Origin: Octopus vulgaris
Lineage: Eukaryota
Assembly: GCA_951406725.2 (NCBI GenBank)
Contig: OX597823.1
Coordinates: 72,478,001 to 72,542,000 of the forward strand
DNA: 64,000 nucleotides
Reading direction: 5' to 3'
Under the pieces are notes generated by a model. The model saw only the letters and a list, made by a program, of their open reading frames with translations, had not been told where the DNA came from and did not search any database. Shown piece by piece: positions 1 to 13,144 of the stretch. Within the stretch, counting starts at the first letter, position 1. Every line of letters begins with the position of its first letter. The position numbers were made by a program, and so were the translations under genes.

Positions 1-109
1 CTAGTGTGCCCTATGTGTGCCGATGCGTGCATGTGTCCGCCTGCATGATATGCTGTGAGTGTGCGCGTGTCCCTGTGTGCTTGCTCTGGATGTGTGCCTA
101 GGGGGTATG

Positions 110-783
110 TTAGAGTATGTTTAGTTGTGGTCTGTATTTTTGAATAAGATTACTTTCCCTATTTATTCGTGTTTGGTCTGTGGTGTTGTCCGAGCATTGG
201 TATAGTGGGAAGACTAAGAATTTGGGGGACTTATTGTGTGTACAAAGGTCTAAGTGTCCACTTAGTGGTATCTGTCTTGTGGAGGGGTCCCTCAGTTGTT
301 GTCGGTGAACTGTCATTCTTTCTCTGAGGGTAAGGCTCGTTTGCCCTATGTAGTCTTCGTGGCATCCTTCACACCTTATGACGTAGAGTAGATTTTTTGA
401 TGCGCACGTGAAATTATTTTTTATGATAAATGTGTGTCCCGAGCGGAACCTGTATGTCGATCCCTTAATGAGGTGGATGCAAGTCCTGCAGTTGGGGTGA
501 CCATATTTTTTGATGGTGGGCGGTGGGTTTGTGTTGTGTAATTTTGCGTTGGTGAGGAGGTTTTTTAGGGATTTAGGTTGTCTCTTACTTTTTATGATTT
601 TATGAGCTGCCAGTAATTTTTTCAGGCGTGGGTCTTGATTTAGTTGTGGAATGTTGTTGTATATAATAGTGTAAGCTTCTGCATTCCTTGGGTTGTGTGT
701 TGAGAGATAGGGGAGGCTATTTACTGTACTGTGAATGTGTTTAGGTTTTCGTAGGTCTTGAGTGTTGATTGATTTGGCCCGTT
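110..783 (-). mobile_element. Penelope-like element, C-terminal linker plus GIY-YIG endonuclease (5'-truncated)
   Basis: The ORF reads LPYLSTHNP...[10 protein letters not shown]...NCRTCIH...[39 protein letters not shown]...HL...[14 protein letters not shown], the typical Penelope Cys-linker plus GIY-YIG arrangement. The ORF track's N-terminus (784-943) is only (TA)n read-through. Confidence 0.92.
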
Positions 784-880
784 CTATATACATACATACA
801 CACATATATATATATACAGACACACATATATATACATATATATATATATATATACATGCATATATATATATATCTATGTG

Positions 881-934
<54 letters not shown>

Positions 935-1429
935 TATATACATACATATATATAAACTGGCAATATGACCATTCCGAAATATAACAATATATATATATAT
1001 ATATACATTTTTTTTCTTTCGTTTTAGTCCATTTTTCCATGCTTGCCTTTTGTGTTACATGTTTTATTCATTTCATCGATCTATCGATCTAGTAAATTAA
1101 AAACAAATATATGCGCGTGCACGCACATTCACACACACACACATACACCTGTATGGCGTAGAGCAATACAATGTGTGCAAAGTGAAAAATGTAACAATAT
1201 AAATTTTAACAAAGAATAATTCCCTTAGAGAAGGTGGCTTCCCAGTGTTGCTCATGGAAATCCATAAAAACTACGCTGACCCTGACCTCGATAGTAAGTG
1301 CTCTTTCCATAATATCTACAGGCACATGCTCTTAGAGTAGGTTCGTTCATTCGGACTTTTCTTACCACTTTTCAACACCATTGTTCGTAGGTAGTACTTC
1401 CGTCCTTCATCCAGTATATTCATACTTTG

Positions 1430-2050
1430 TAACAAACGTGTTGTACGAATTGAACGGCGAATGAAAACTCATTTACTGTAGGTGAGATTGGTATGTATAG
1501 AAGATAGATAGGTACTTAGACTTTCAATATTATCATGAAAATCACATCTGCCATGATGTTATTTCCCCAAATCCTTATCAGACATTTTGAATCATAGCAT
1601 CTATGATTATAAGGAAATTGTTGTTTTAAAATTTATGAAGCATTGCCGCTTCTCGCATGCATATGTCCATTGGAGCCTACGGTAATTTACCTGTTTACCT
1701 CTTTGCTCCATATTGTTTGCAAACCTTTGGCACATTAATTATTTGAAGTAACACAAGATTAGTTCGTGTTAGCCAAGAAGGTGCAAGTACTATTTACAAG
1801 ATTGTGTCCTATAATGATACTGCCATTCGGTTAGTGACATTTGATTGCACTAGATGGAGTTTTGTTTATTTCCCCTAGCAGATCATCTGTTATCTAGTCG
1901 TGGATGCAAAACAGTATCTTTATTGAGTCGTTACTGATGCTGGTTCTGTATTCTTTTGCCTATTTGTTAGTGTTAGTACTGATGCAATGCAGCATTGATT
2001 GACGTGTCTGGACGTATAATATTCAGGCGGGGTTGTTATTCATTTATTCT
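1430..2050 (-). mobile_element. Very degraded R4/Dong-like RLE retrotransposon fragment (tentative)
   Basis: Broken minus-strand peptides resemble AAQDQxLxTN, YxxRHN, CKQYG and LIID, in the expected order; many stops and frameshifts. Confidence 0.3.
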
Positions 2051-5000
2051 CCCTTGCTACCTGAGTATTCTAACTTTTCTGGCTTTGGAAGAGGTTCGGC
2101 CAATCGTAAATCTTTTTTAGGTGCCCTAATATGAATATCTGTTTACTTACTTTTCAAGTAGAAACAATAAAATAATAAAAGGAATATCGAAACTGAATGA
2201 CTAAATCAAAAAATTTAGAACTGCTTGCCTAAGCGGACAGCATCATGTTTTTCAAAAGTGATGATAACGACGACGACGACGATGATGATGTTATGTCGAG
2301 GAGGAAGAGGATAACGAGGAGAGGGAGAAAGAGAGAGACAGAGATTTATTGAGAGGGGAAAACCGAAACAGAGAGGTTGCAAAATCTAATCGACTGTTTT
2401 CTGAAGATGGTAGGGTTACATGTAAGGGAAAAAAATAACGAATGAAATTATACGAAATGTATATGTATGTGTGTGTGTGTGTATGTGTGTGCGCGTGTGA
2501 TTGAGATTGCGGTGGGAATAATATCAGAAGGAAAACGTAGCTGTGAAGTCAGTATTGTAATTTCATGGAAATAAAAATAAATTACATCTTACCTGATAAT
2601 CTCGGTGACCCGCTGTGAAGTGTAGAGTACTGATGATTTGAAATATTGGAAATGTATGGATGTAAACAGCACATTTACTTATTTTTCAACGTTGTAAATA
2701 ACGTGGAAGCGAGAGAGTGAGAGAGTGAGAGGGCGGGAGAGAGAGATGGAAGAATTTTACAGCCTGTATCTGTTCTTGAACGCTGTAATCTCTTTCAAAT
2801 AAAATTAAAATTATATGAAATTGGATAGCTTACACTAATCTGTGGAATGTGTCGACAGTATTAAAAGCCATAGATATAATTTTCTTTGAAATATTGAACG
2901 AAAACTGAATGTTTATCATTGGAAGATTACGTACCTCCCATTACCATTCTGAGGCAAGTAAAGATATGTTGCTAGAACAATGGCTTCTATAAATTAGTCG
3001 TAAAAAGTAACTGCTTACAAATCTCTAAGAATTTGATTGAAAGACACTGTTTTATGATATATCGATAAAAATATAGAAATATTACCCATGAGATGTATAA
3101 ATCTATGTGCTGTTAATATATTTCTTTAGTAGACTGAGAAACAAGCAAATATTTGCAAAAATGTATTATATTTTTGTCATTATGGAAAAATAAATGATAT
3201 ATCGAGTAAATAGTTGTACAATTTTTTCAATGTTAAAGATTTTGCATGGCCATTTAGAAACAGTATATGCAGTCTGTTACTTTATTTTATACATAGATCT
3301 CCTGATTAGAAATAGTTGTCTCATTGATCAAAAGAATATATGGAGATAATTTTTATCAATGTTTTCTTTTGCTAATATGTTTATTGCATGCATGAAATGG
3401 AATCTCATTTTTACTTAGATAATTTGGGGGGTTCGTGAAGATAAAATGCTTAATTTTGTGAATGAAATTATAAGAATCACTGATATAGTGGCACACATAC
3501 GAGAAAATATAGAACTGGAAGGACTGCGAATAGTTTCAGTATGAACTATAGAGCAAACTTGACAATTCAGAGTGAGAGACGTTGTTAATGTGAGTTTATC
3601 AATGAAGCTTCGTTATATAGTTATGGGAACAATTCTACTAATTTTCGAAAGTTACTTTACAGCCACTTACTATTTTACAGTCGCTTGGCACCATTATATA
3701 TTTAATAATCTGCGCAGCACAAAAGTTTGTTACATAACGTGAAATTGTGATAATTCAACAAGAAAATAAATTATACATACCTGAGCGATGTTTGTGAGAA
3801 ATACTTTACTAGGTAAAAAGTAAGAAAATAGTTAATTGGAATAGCTTATGTTGACTGATGTGATGATCACACATCAGGCATTAGTTATATTGCAGACTGG
3901 TTCAATTTTCTTTCTTATCATTCGGGCACCAAAAGAATTGATCAATAACCGCTTATGTATGCTGCACAGATGTCACAAATAAAATTAACTATTGTACAGT
4001 TTCCAAAAAGACTGATGGTTGATGCCTGTATCAAGGAATGTTAAGTCTTATATATTTCAGTAGAATATGTCAATGAGATTTATTCATAGCAAATTGAACT
4101 GAGGTGCGGAAAATAACCAAACCAATCGTCAATTATTCTTGATTCTTCTGGTTCTAACTTTGAAAGTATTAATGCATAATATGAATCGATATACAGGTGC
4201 ATTGAGCTATCAAAAGTCAAGCAGAGTTATACGTTATGAGAAACCGAATACAATCTTACTACAGCAATGAATTAAACGTAGTTTGTTAGAACAACTACCC
4301 GCGTCTAATATTACACTAAATAACAGCAACATTTAAACTATCAACACGTGTTGAAGTTGTCTGAATAGAACTGCCTCTCATTCTTTGTATGAAGTAGTTA
4401 TTGTTGTTTACCCAAGGGTAACTACAGATCAAGCAGGCATAGGATTAAAAGCCGCCCAAGATTTAACATCCTGTCTTTTTCTATAATACGTGTTACTGTT
4501 TGAACATTTCTATTTGTAAATCTTACAACGAGAGATATTCAACCAAATTCCCATTCGAAATATTTAGTTTTCAAATTGACAACTAGTCACTGATCAGATA
4601 TTGTTTTGAGCTGAGTGGGAGTGCTAGATTCCCTTATTCGAAAATATAAGGACACAGATCGTGTCGTATAACCAGCTGGAGACGATATCCCCTGGGGCTA
4701 AATGACAGCAACATTCATTCTAAACCAGGACTGCCATGTTATGCTGGCAAATAATCTTTTCTCCAAGTGTTATAGTGTCCAGTATCTCTGAGTTTTGTTT
4801 AGGATGATATACTGTGAATTGAAGGAGATTTAGCTGCTCTTTATAGCAGTTAAATCTATGTATGGTTAATCGCTGGTCATATGCGTATAGCAGACTTGTC
4901 GAAAAGTTCGTCGTTTAATCAATTATCTCTAGTAGTATTCGAATTGTTGAAGAACTGATTAGTGTGTGAAAGAATCTCGATTCAGTTGTTCTATAAGGGT

Positions 5001-5239
5001 AAATGAATTCAATAGGCTATAAAACAGCTCCGTGGTTTAAGAGTCACCATCTTAATTGATATATTTAGCAGGTGACGTCCACTATAGGTTCATGAATAAT
5101 TTAAACATTGTGATTAAGATTTTGTTGAGAGAGACTATATAGAAATTTATTAAAAGGAATTATCCTGATATTTAGTGTTAGACGTAATACGTTACTCGAT
5201 TTGCTACTCGCACGTGACCTTGTTTCTATCAACACATGT

Positions 5240-5370
5240 TTCAGCAAAAGAGACCGATAGAATAAATACTAGGCTTATAAATAAGTCCTGGGGTCGATTT
5301 GCTCGACTAAAAGCGGTGCTCCAGCACGGCCACAGTCAAATGACTGAAACAGGTAAAAGAGTAAAGAGTA
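5240..5370 (+). mobile_element. SINE 3' portion
   Basis: ctggggtcgatttgctcgacta...gcggtgctccagcacggccacagtcaaatgactgaaacaggtaaaagagtaaagag. It shares the 'ggggtcgat..tcgact' core with the other SINEs here and ends in a short-repeat tail. Confidence 0.6.
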
Positions 5371-8300
5371 TACTGCACTGTTTTAAATAATGTGACCAAT
5401 GAATGCGTCTTTGTACTATCGTCGACGTGCTCGAAATATTCCTGAAATCACTATCAGGCAACACTGAATAATGGTAGACTTACGATGTAATCCTGATAGC
5501 AATGTTTTTTATTACAAGTTTCCATAATAAACTCTGACCTGAATATGAACTACAACAGCAATAACAACACTAACATCACTCATTGATGCAGAGTTGCTAT
5601 AAATATTCAGATATTTTTAAAGTGCATAATCCTTTCGATATATTTTGAAAATAAGATTAAAGATATAATAATATAACTTTTAGATAGCCCTTATCAGAAA
5701 AAGGGTTTATATAACAATATAATTTTCCTTGCAGAAGTCTACGGTACGAGATAACCATTCTCACTTGAAGTTCTGTTATTGTTCTATGGAAATATTAACA
5801 GCTCTGCGAAGCAAAGCATTTCTCAGATCTTATAGAATTAGGATGAATCGAAGAGAATCTGAAACTATCCTTTTCTAATACATGCAAATCTTTCAGATAG
5901 AAAAGCAGCAATAAACTACTGACCACGCAAGGAAAATAAAAAAAGAACCAGATGTATCTCAATGAAGTTCAGAACACTCAGACATTCAATTAATTTTATT
6001 TCAGTTGACCTCTTGCAGTGACATAAATTTACATAACGGCTGTATCATGAAACCATTTAGATTTAATTTTATGTACAAGAAATGCTACAGTTTTAGGTTA
6101 TTTATATTTACCCGATTTTCAATTCAGCCATAGCGAGCTATTGCTATCATGGGGCTTTTTGACAAGGATCTGCAAACTTACATGTCTCTAGTTTTGAATT
6201 GTCTATATTTCCTCTTTGGAATTCTTTCTGGTGTGAAAATGCCATTTAGTACATCTATACATCGTTAATTCTTAACTTGAGTTAGGTTTCACCGCACATT
6301 CATGTGCTATAAATTACAGGGAACAGAAAGAAAGAAGAAGAACGAAGACATGCACCCAACACCAGATTGAAGAACCTCCGAAAGTATGGGCCCCCACGTA
6401 AAAAGGTTAGAGGAGTAGGGGTTCCTCCTGATGATGTCTTGGGCTAACTGGATCCTATAAAGGAGCTGTTGTGGTAGCAGACCGCGTAACACGGTTGAAA
6501 TTCCTACCCCTCTCTAGATCAGCTATTCTATCCTAGTCCTTCTTGATAAGGTTTAACTTTGCTAAAATTTTACAGCTTGTACTGTTACATTTGAATACAT
6601 ATCATGCCGTATATATCTTACATGCGTACTATATAACAAAGTTAGAAATACAGAGATGCTTAATTTAGAGTCTACATTCTGTTTGAAAGTGAGTGAAGTT
6701 GAAGATGAAATACCGAAAAATCATATTACTAAAAACAACGCTAAAACTGTTTCCTTTCCAATTCAAAGTTCATTAATGGGTTTCCGTTACAGGCTTTGTT
6801 GCTATAACTATTTTAAAATCTCGAATATTCCGTATGGCCATTTTAATGACTAAATCGTGATTTCACTATTTTTAGGTCTACACGAATCTCTCATCGATGA
6901 TCAAGATACACCATTATTTATAAGGCTAGATAGTTTCTCGTGCTCCTGTTTCATATTACTTGACTGGTTTCTTGGAATTGAGTCATGTATTTTCTATTGT
7001 ATAAAAGGAGACCTTACAAACACAACTCGAAGTTATGTTTGAAAATACGCCAAACTTTATTTAACATACATTTTGATGCATTGATTATACTCAGAAGTCG
7101 ACATCATTACGAAACACAAAATAATTCCCCTAAAGAAAAAACAATTGCTAAAATGTGTAACGTTAAAATGTAATATTGATTCCACCATGCAATAAATTAT
7201 TTTATTTTATCTTGCAGTTGAGGATTCACAAAAATTTCTTTGAAGAGTTCACATCTTTGTTTAGATCATTCAGATATTGGACAAGTTCGTGGAAATTCGT
7301 TGCTATCTTCCACACTTCTGTTAATTTCAAAGACATCAGACATAATTGACTACTTCTGATAATTTACATGTGGTAATAGTTTGTAACAGGGTAGAAGTCT
7401 TGTTGATTCCTAATAGCAATTTTTTTCAATCTTCCCAGTATTCGGATGAACATTTCCCCGGCAAATTTTCACTACAATACTAGAAGTCTAGGACTTATCT
7501 TGGTCCTCAATTCTTTCAAGAAACTGAAATTGAAACAAGAACATTTCTCTTAAAAATTAAAGACAATGGCAACAGATTCCATATGTTCCTTTATGTGTTC
7601 TCTATATTCGATAGAAGAGTAGAGAGAGATGTTTGGGCATGTCACGAGCCTTTCTCCTCGTGAACAAGAAAATGTCTGTTGAATATATTAAAGTGATAAT
7701 GATGGATGCCGTGCATCATACGTAAGCTTAACTGCATTCTAAATATTTTTAAATTTATAAATACCAACTTATACATATGAAGATTTTGCTTAACATATTT
7801 TTACACATTTAGTATATATTTGAAAACTGTAAATGTCGAAGAAATGGTGAAATTAAAAAGTGTATCTATTACTGGCAGTTGCAGCATTCCAGTTGATACA
7901 TCATCATATAATATCTATGCTATATATATCCGAAAATATAGTTTAGTTTGTATGAAAGTAGTGATAGCATAGTCTCACAAGTGATTGTAATCAGTTCCCC
8001 AGGAATACCCGAAAGTAATTCTAACTTTGAATCACAATAATAGATTTACGTTGTTTAGTGTGATGTTGTGACAAGGAAAGAGAAAGGATATGAAAAATAT
8101 TGAAGGTTCAGAAATGGTTCAGGTATAACTATAGTGTGGTGACTCTAAATCTGTCACTCATAATTTTCTTAAGACTGCATACTTTTTTACGGAAAATTTC
8201 GAACAGATACGTATTCAAAAGAGCAGGTTACAAATATGCTGATGAATTTGGAAGTACTTTTAGGATTACATTGTTACTAAGGAAGGAAAGAAGGAAGCAC

Positions 8301-8519
8301 GTAACTTTTTAACCAATGCAGTTTATAGAAGAGGGCTTTGACCTTATTATCTCGAATATAAAGTATTGAATGAGTTTTAATTGTAAGAGAATCCATATTG
8401 CAATGACATCTACACTTACAGATATTTGTATTTCTGAACATATATATGTAAACAGAACATGCATCAATACGCACATACATACATGCATACATACATGCAT
8501 ACATACATACATACATACA

Positions 8520-8559
<40 letters not shown>

Positions 8560-8564
8560 AAATT

Positions 8565-8760
8565 AATTCAAATACACGGAGAAAGAGCAGGTAAAAAAAC
8601 AACTCAAGGACGTGGTACATGCAAAGTATTAATAAGACGCTCAGGGAAGAAAGAAAGGGTGTTTTACGTTTCAAGCAAAGCTCTTGTTTAGAAACAGATG
8701 ACAGAGGAAAATCCAAGAGAAAAGGAAGACGGAGGAAAAAAATCGCCAACAAACCACATG
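8565..8760 (-). mobile_element. Short HHR-bearing repeat (Penelope pLTR/retrozyme-like), family B copy 1
   Basis: Homologous to 40505-40700 (ggacgtgg..caagta..cgctcagg..aagaa..acgtttc..gctctt..agaaa..ccaag..aagacggag..aaaatcgccaac). Lies between CA/TG microsatellites and contains a degenerate hammerhead. Confidence 0.75.
8661..8695 (-). ncRNA. Degenerate minimal type-I hammerhead ribozyme
   Basis: Minus strand: GTTT-CTAAACA-A-GAGC ttt GCTT-GAAA-CG-TA-AAAC. Stems I and II and the GAAACGUH are present; the CUGANGA core is mutated at two conserved positions. Confidence 0.6.
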
Positions 8761-9613
8761 TACTTACAAACGCATATATATATAGAGAAATACATTGTGT
8801 GTGTGTATGTGTGTGTGTGAGAGAGAGAGCGAGAGAGCGTGAGAGCGAGAATTAGAAACAGAAAGAGAGAGAGAGAAGAAAAAATTATCGTGTAAAATAG
8901 TTCGCTATATATATGCTCGTCAATTTCCCCGAATTGTTAAACTCAAATGTGTCTCATTAGTGTTTATATAGCGGTATTCCTAATCATTTGAATAATACTT
9001 GGTAATTTGGTAGAAAATAACCTAAATGAATGCTTTTTATATACGTCTAATATTAAGTGATCTGACGATTTCCTTGTATTGCAAAATTGCATTGTCTCGA
9101 CTATTTTGCTATCAAATGCATAGCTAGAAATTCCGTAATTTTTGGAGAAAGCGTTAGACGAAAAAATCAATACTTGTTGGTTGTACGCCAAAGCATATTA
9201 AATATACTGACAAAATGTATTAGTTGAAACAAATTCTCGAGCTATTTAGTTTTACGTAAAATACCCATGGCAACAAAATAATAGAACTTAAAGTTTTTAA
9301 CCTCATAACTGGAGGTTTCTGCCAAATATCGGTCAATAACTGTTAATATTGAATAACCAAACAGTAGCGAGCATTATGTGTCTATTGCAAACACCAATAT
9401 GTTTTAGTTTAGATGGACAATTGGCGAGCTCATTGAATCTGACGTATGTATTATGTATGCCTATATGAACGTGGGAGTGAGACGTTTTTGTGGGTGGTGA
9501 GTGTGTTTGGTGTCTACGTTTACATATGCATATTTCAGTTTCTCACATTTCTTTGTGAATGTATGTATTATTCATATGGGAGCGACCATTTAAGATGTAC
9601 GGAATAAGTGTAC

Positions 9614-10683
9614 GGAGTCTTATATAATAGAAATACTTAAATTATTACAATATTATGATGATATGGATGGACCAAAATCCATTTGCGACAATAACGCATG
9701 TTGAAAGACATTGGAATTTCTAGCACACCCAGGAAATATTTCCTTCTGAACATACAGTTTGAAGTTATGAAGGAATGGGGAATCAAACAAAATGCAGCTT
9801 CAAACAAAAATTACTTATTCAGAAAAGACAATTTCCAGATTTAGAGGTTTATAAATTTACAGTATTGTAAAATGTACACTCATGAATATTGGAAACTTAT
9901 TTCTAACGAATGTAATTCTACATCGAATTAGATATGCAACAATAAAACCAGACCATTCCAGGGCTATAAAAAACGATGAACGTCGCACTTTTCAAGCCTA
10001 GGCAAGCTCATGCCCGGTTTCCCGGTTTCTGTGACGTATGTGACCCCCCCCCCCCCCGCTGGACAGGACTCCAGTCCAGCGCAGCATTACTCAAGAAACA
10101 GGAAAGAGAGAATGAGAGAAAGTAGTGGCGAAAGAGAGAATGAGAGAAAGTAGTGGCGAAAGAGTACAACAGGAGTCTTATATAATAGAAATACTTAAAT
10201 TATTACAATATTATGATGATATGGATGGACCAAAATCCATTTGCGACAATAACGCATGTTGAAAGACATTGGAATTTCTAGCACACCCAGGAAATATTTC
10301 CTTCTGAACATACAGTTTGAAGTTATGAAGGAATGGGGAATCAAACAAAATGCAGCTTCAAACAAAAATTACTTATTCAGAAAAGACAATTTCCAGATTT
10401 AGAGGTTTATAAATTTACAGTATTGTAAAATGTACACTCATGAATATTGGAAACTTATTTCTAACGAATGTAATTCTACATCGAATTAGATATGCAACAA
10501 TAAAACCAGACCATTCCAGACGTCGCACTTTTCAAGCCTAGGCAAGCGCATGCCCGGTTTCCCGGTTTCTGTGACGTATGTGACCCCCCCCCCCCGCTGG
10601 ACAGGACTCCAGTCCAGCGCAGCGTTACTCAAGAAACAGGAAAGAGAGAATGAGAGAAAGTAGTGGCGAAAGAGTACAACAGG
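9614..10683. repeat. Near-identical tandem duplication (units 9614-10171 and 10172-~10683)
   Basis: The sequence starting ggagtcttatataatagaaatac recurs at 10172. The copies differ by a ~20-bp indel near 9961, a 28-bp internal duplication (gagagaatgagagaaagtagtggcgaaa) and a few SNPs. Confidence 0.95.
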
Positions 10684-10827
10684 ATCGCCACCACCCCTGC
10701 CGTAACCTCGTGGAACTTTTAGGTGTTTTCACTCAATAAACACACACAACGCCCGGTCTGGGAATCGGAACCACGATCTTCCGACCGCGAGTCCGCTGGC
10801 CTAACCACTGGGCCATTGCGCCTCTCC
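10520..10827 (-). mobile_element. tRNA-derived SINE (3' part duplicated at ~9980-10170)
   Basis: Minus-strand head ggagaggcgcaaTGGCCCAGTGGttag...GGTTCCGATTCCC gives Pol III box A and box B, followed by a SINE body. Confidence 0.8.
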
Positions 10828-10921
10828 TCCATAACTATAACAAGGTATAAACACGGTTATGTCCCCATATATACACGCAAACACACACACATATGGATAG
10901 ATAGATAGCTAGCTAGCTAGC

Positions 10922-10990
<69 letters not shown>

Positions 10991-11189
10991 CGGGTGAGAG
11001 AAAGATACTTTGACATAGATAAATTTAGGCCAGAATTGGCCATTACTAACCTAATAGCACCACCTGGAAAATACATTTAATAATGTTTCATATTTCAGTC
11101 ACTCGTTGAGCATCATAATTCATCGAAGTAAAGAGTTGTTGTTTGCAGAGATATATCCGGGTGTAGCTGATTTATAGAGAACTTGTCGG

Positions 11190-12310
11190 TATTCCTTCAG
11201 GAACAGTTTCTATGACATGAGACCTTTTTCTTATCTTATGTGCTTTGACATGTTTTGAGAGAAAGTAGGACAAGTTGAGTTAAAATCTCTCTAAGTGTTG
11301 TGGTGTAACACGTGTATGGTTTTTGTACAGGGCGAATTGCATGGAGACCAAGCATTAGGTGAATTTTAATGTTGATGCCAGTATCACTTGGTCAATGGTA
11401 TTTGAATATTTTCCATGATACAGCGCTTACGGCAGCATTGGAGGGAATAAAGTTTGAGTTTCCGAGAAGATCCCAACAATCATGACATATAATCTCATTT
11501 CGATCTCCGGAGAGCTTCAATTTTTATGATATTTTGTTTCGTACAGGGCGAACATAACGAATAATTTTATGCAAGGAAAAGAAGAGAGAACGTGGATAAG
11601 AGAACGATAATGGTCGGAGCATCACTAAACCGAAAAACTCAGGAGCAAGCCCTGTTGACTTTGTTGTTTATGTGTGCACTTTGCTGTCAACAGATAGTCT
11701 AAGGTCCCTATTGATGTTACATGCTATGACGCTTCTGCCTAAGGGAAGAGTGTATGGGTAACTTAAGTGAAGTCTATCAAAAAATTACTCCCGTTTTGCT
11801 GCGTACTGTGTTTTCCGCACACCAGATAACAGTTAGCATATCCGATTAGATATTAGTCCGATTTTTCTACCCTGTCGAGGACATTCAAAAGATTTGTGTC
11901 ATTCGTGAATATTCTAATACTTGTGTTCGAGGACGTCAATGATCTCATTGATATAAATAAGGGAAAGGAGTGGGCCCAGTACAGTGGGACTCCACTGATG
12001 ACTCTTGCCGAGCTTGATCAAACAAGATCCACCATCGCATACTAGATTCTGCTTTTTCCGAAAACATTCAATGCACTTTAATAGCTTTCAACGGATTCCA
12101 ATGTTGAATAGTTTCTTTTATAGGATGCCATGTCCAGCCTTGCCGAAGGCCTTCCTGAACTCAAGAGATGATACCTGCATTGAATCCCTCTCATGAGCAT
12201 TTAGGACGTCATCAAAGTGACGCGGGAGCGATGTTAGGCAGCCCCTGACAAGGAATGAGTAGGTTGCTACTTTCCAGGAAGTAAGTTTCTTGTGATTTCA
12301 AAAGGCCAGA
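11190..12310 (-). mobile_element. Degraded CR1/Jockey-group LINE, RT domain and C-terminus
   Basis: Minus-strand peptides: LEFRKAFGKAGHGIL (DFxKAFDxVxH motif), RVISGVP..VLGP..FLIYINE (GVPQGSVLGP motif) and RKLKLYSL. Frameshifted. Confidence 0.75.
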
Positions 12311-12454
12311 ATATTTCAGATGGGGTAAATCGTTGATTTCGACACCAGTACTTGAGCACCCGGGGAGCTAACCATTCTGGCATCCCGCCAAATCACCATG
12401 ATGATGATGATCATCATCATCATGATCCTCCTCCTCCTCATCATCATCATTAAT

Positions 12455-12489
<35 letters not shown>

Positions 12490-13057
12490 TATTTGTTTCT
12501 TTATATATTCATTGCCTTTGCACAGCTTCTATCGCTGGAGATGTACTACGGTGCCAGCTGTTCATTAACAGTGAACTAAGGTAACACCCCTTATTTTTCG
12601 AGAACTGTTCGGTGTATTCGAGCGGTTCCAAGCAGCGCTGTTCTTTGCAAATGCTCTACCTTTATCGCAGCCCCTATTTGTTCCATGTACTTCTCGAGAT
12701 TTTTACTCACTGTCCCCAGGTCATTCACAATTATTGGAACTACTACCACCTTTTTCATCGACAACAACTGCTTAACCTCCCAAGCTAACTTGCCATGTCT
12801 TTCGACTTTTCTTTCTTCCTTGTTGTTAGCTGGGCATGCTATATCTATGATCCAGTATCGTTTGCTTTCTTTCTCAAATTCTATGTCTGGCTCTCTATTG
12901 TTTGTCTCATAGTCGCACTGAATCATAGAATCCCATAGAATGTTTCCATTAATATTTTCGATGATGCCTTCGGCTTATGTTCGTACAACTCTTTTGCTCT
13001 GTGAAGTCCATACTTGATGCAAAGTGTCCAATGGACAATCCTTGCTATGTTGTCGTG
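12490..13057 (-). mobile_element. R4/Dong-type non-LTR retrotransposon 3' end (restriction-like endonuclease)
   Basis: HDNIARIVHWTLCIKYGL...IQCD..NREPDI..WIIDIACP..KEERKVE..LAWEVKQL..VVVVPII..LGTV..LQRTALLGTARI, the RLE PD..D motif and conserved C-terminus. Flanked by (TAA)n and (CAT)n. Confidence 0.85.

Positions 13058-13140
<83 letters not shown>

Positions 13141-13144
<4 letters not shown>

Noticed and set aside
2585-2645. Minus-strand donor-like CAG|GTAAG and a nearby CTGATGA..GAAA
   Set aside because: No supporting ORF for an exon, and no stems I/II for a hammerhead.
10745-10827. tRNA-like sequence with box A/B
   Set aside because: It continues into a SINE body and has no complete cloverleaf, so it is a SINE head, not a tRNA gene.
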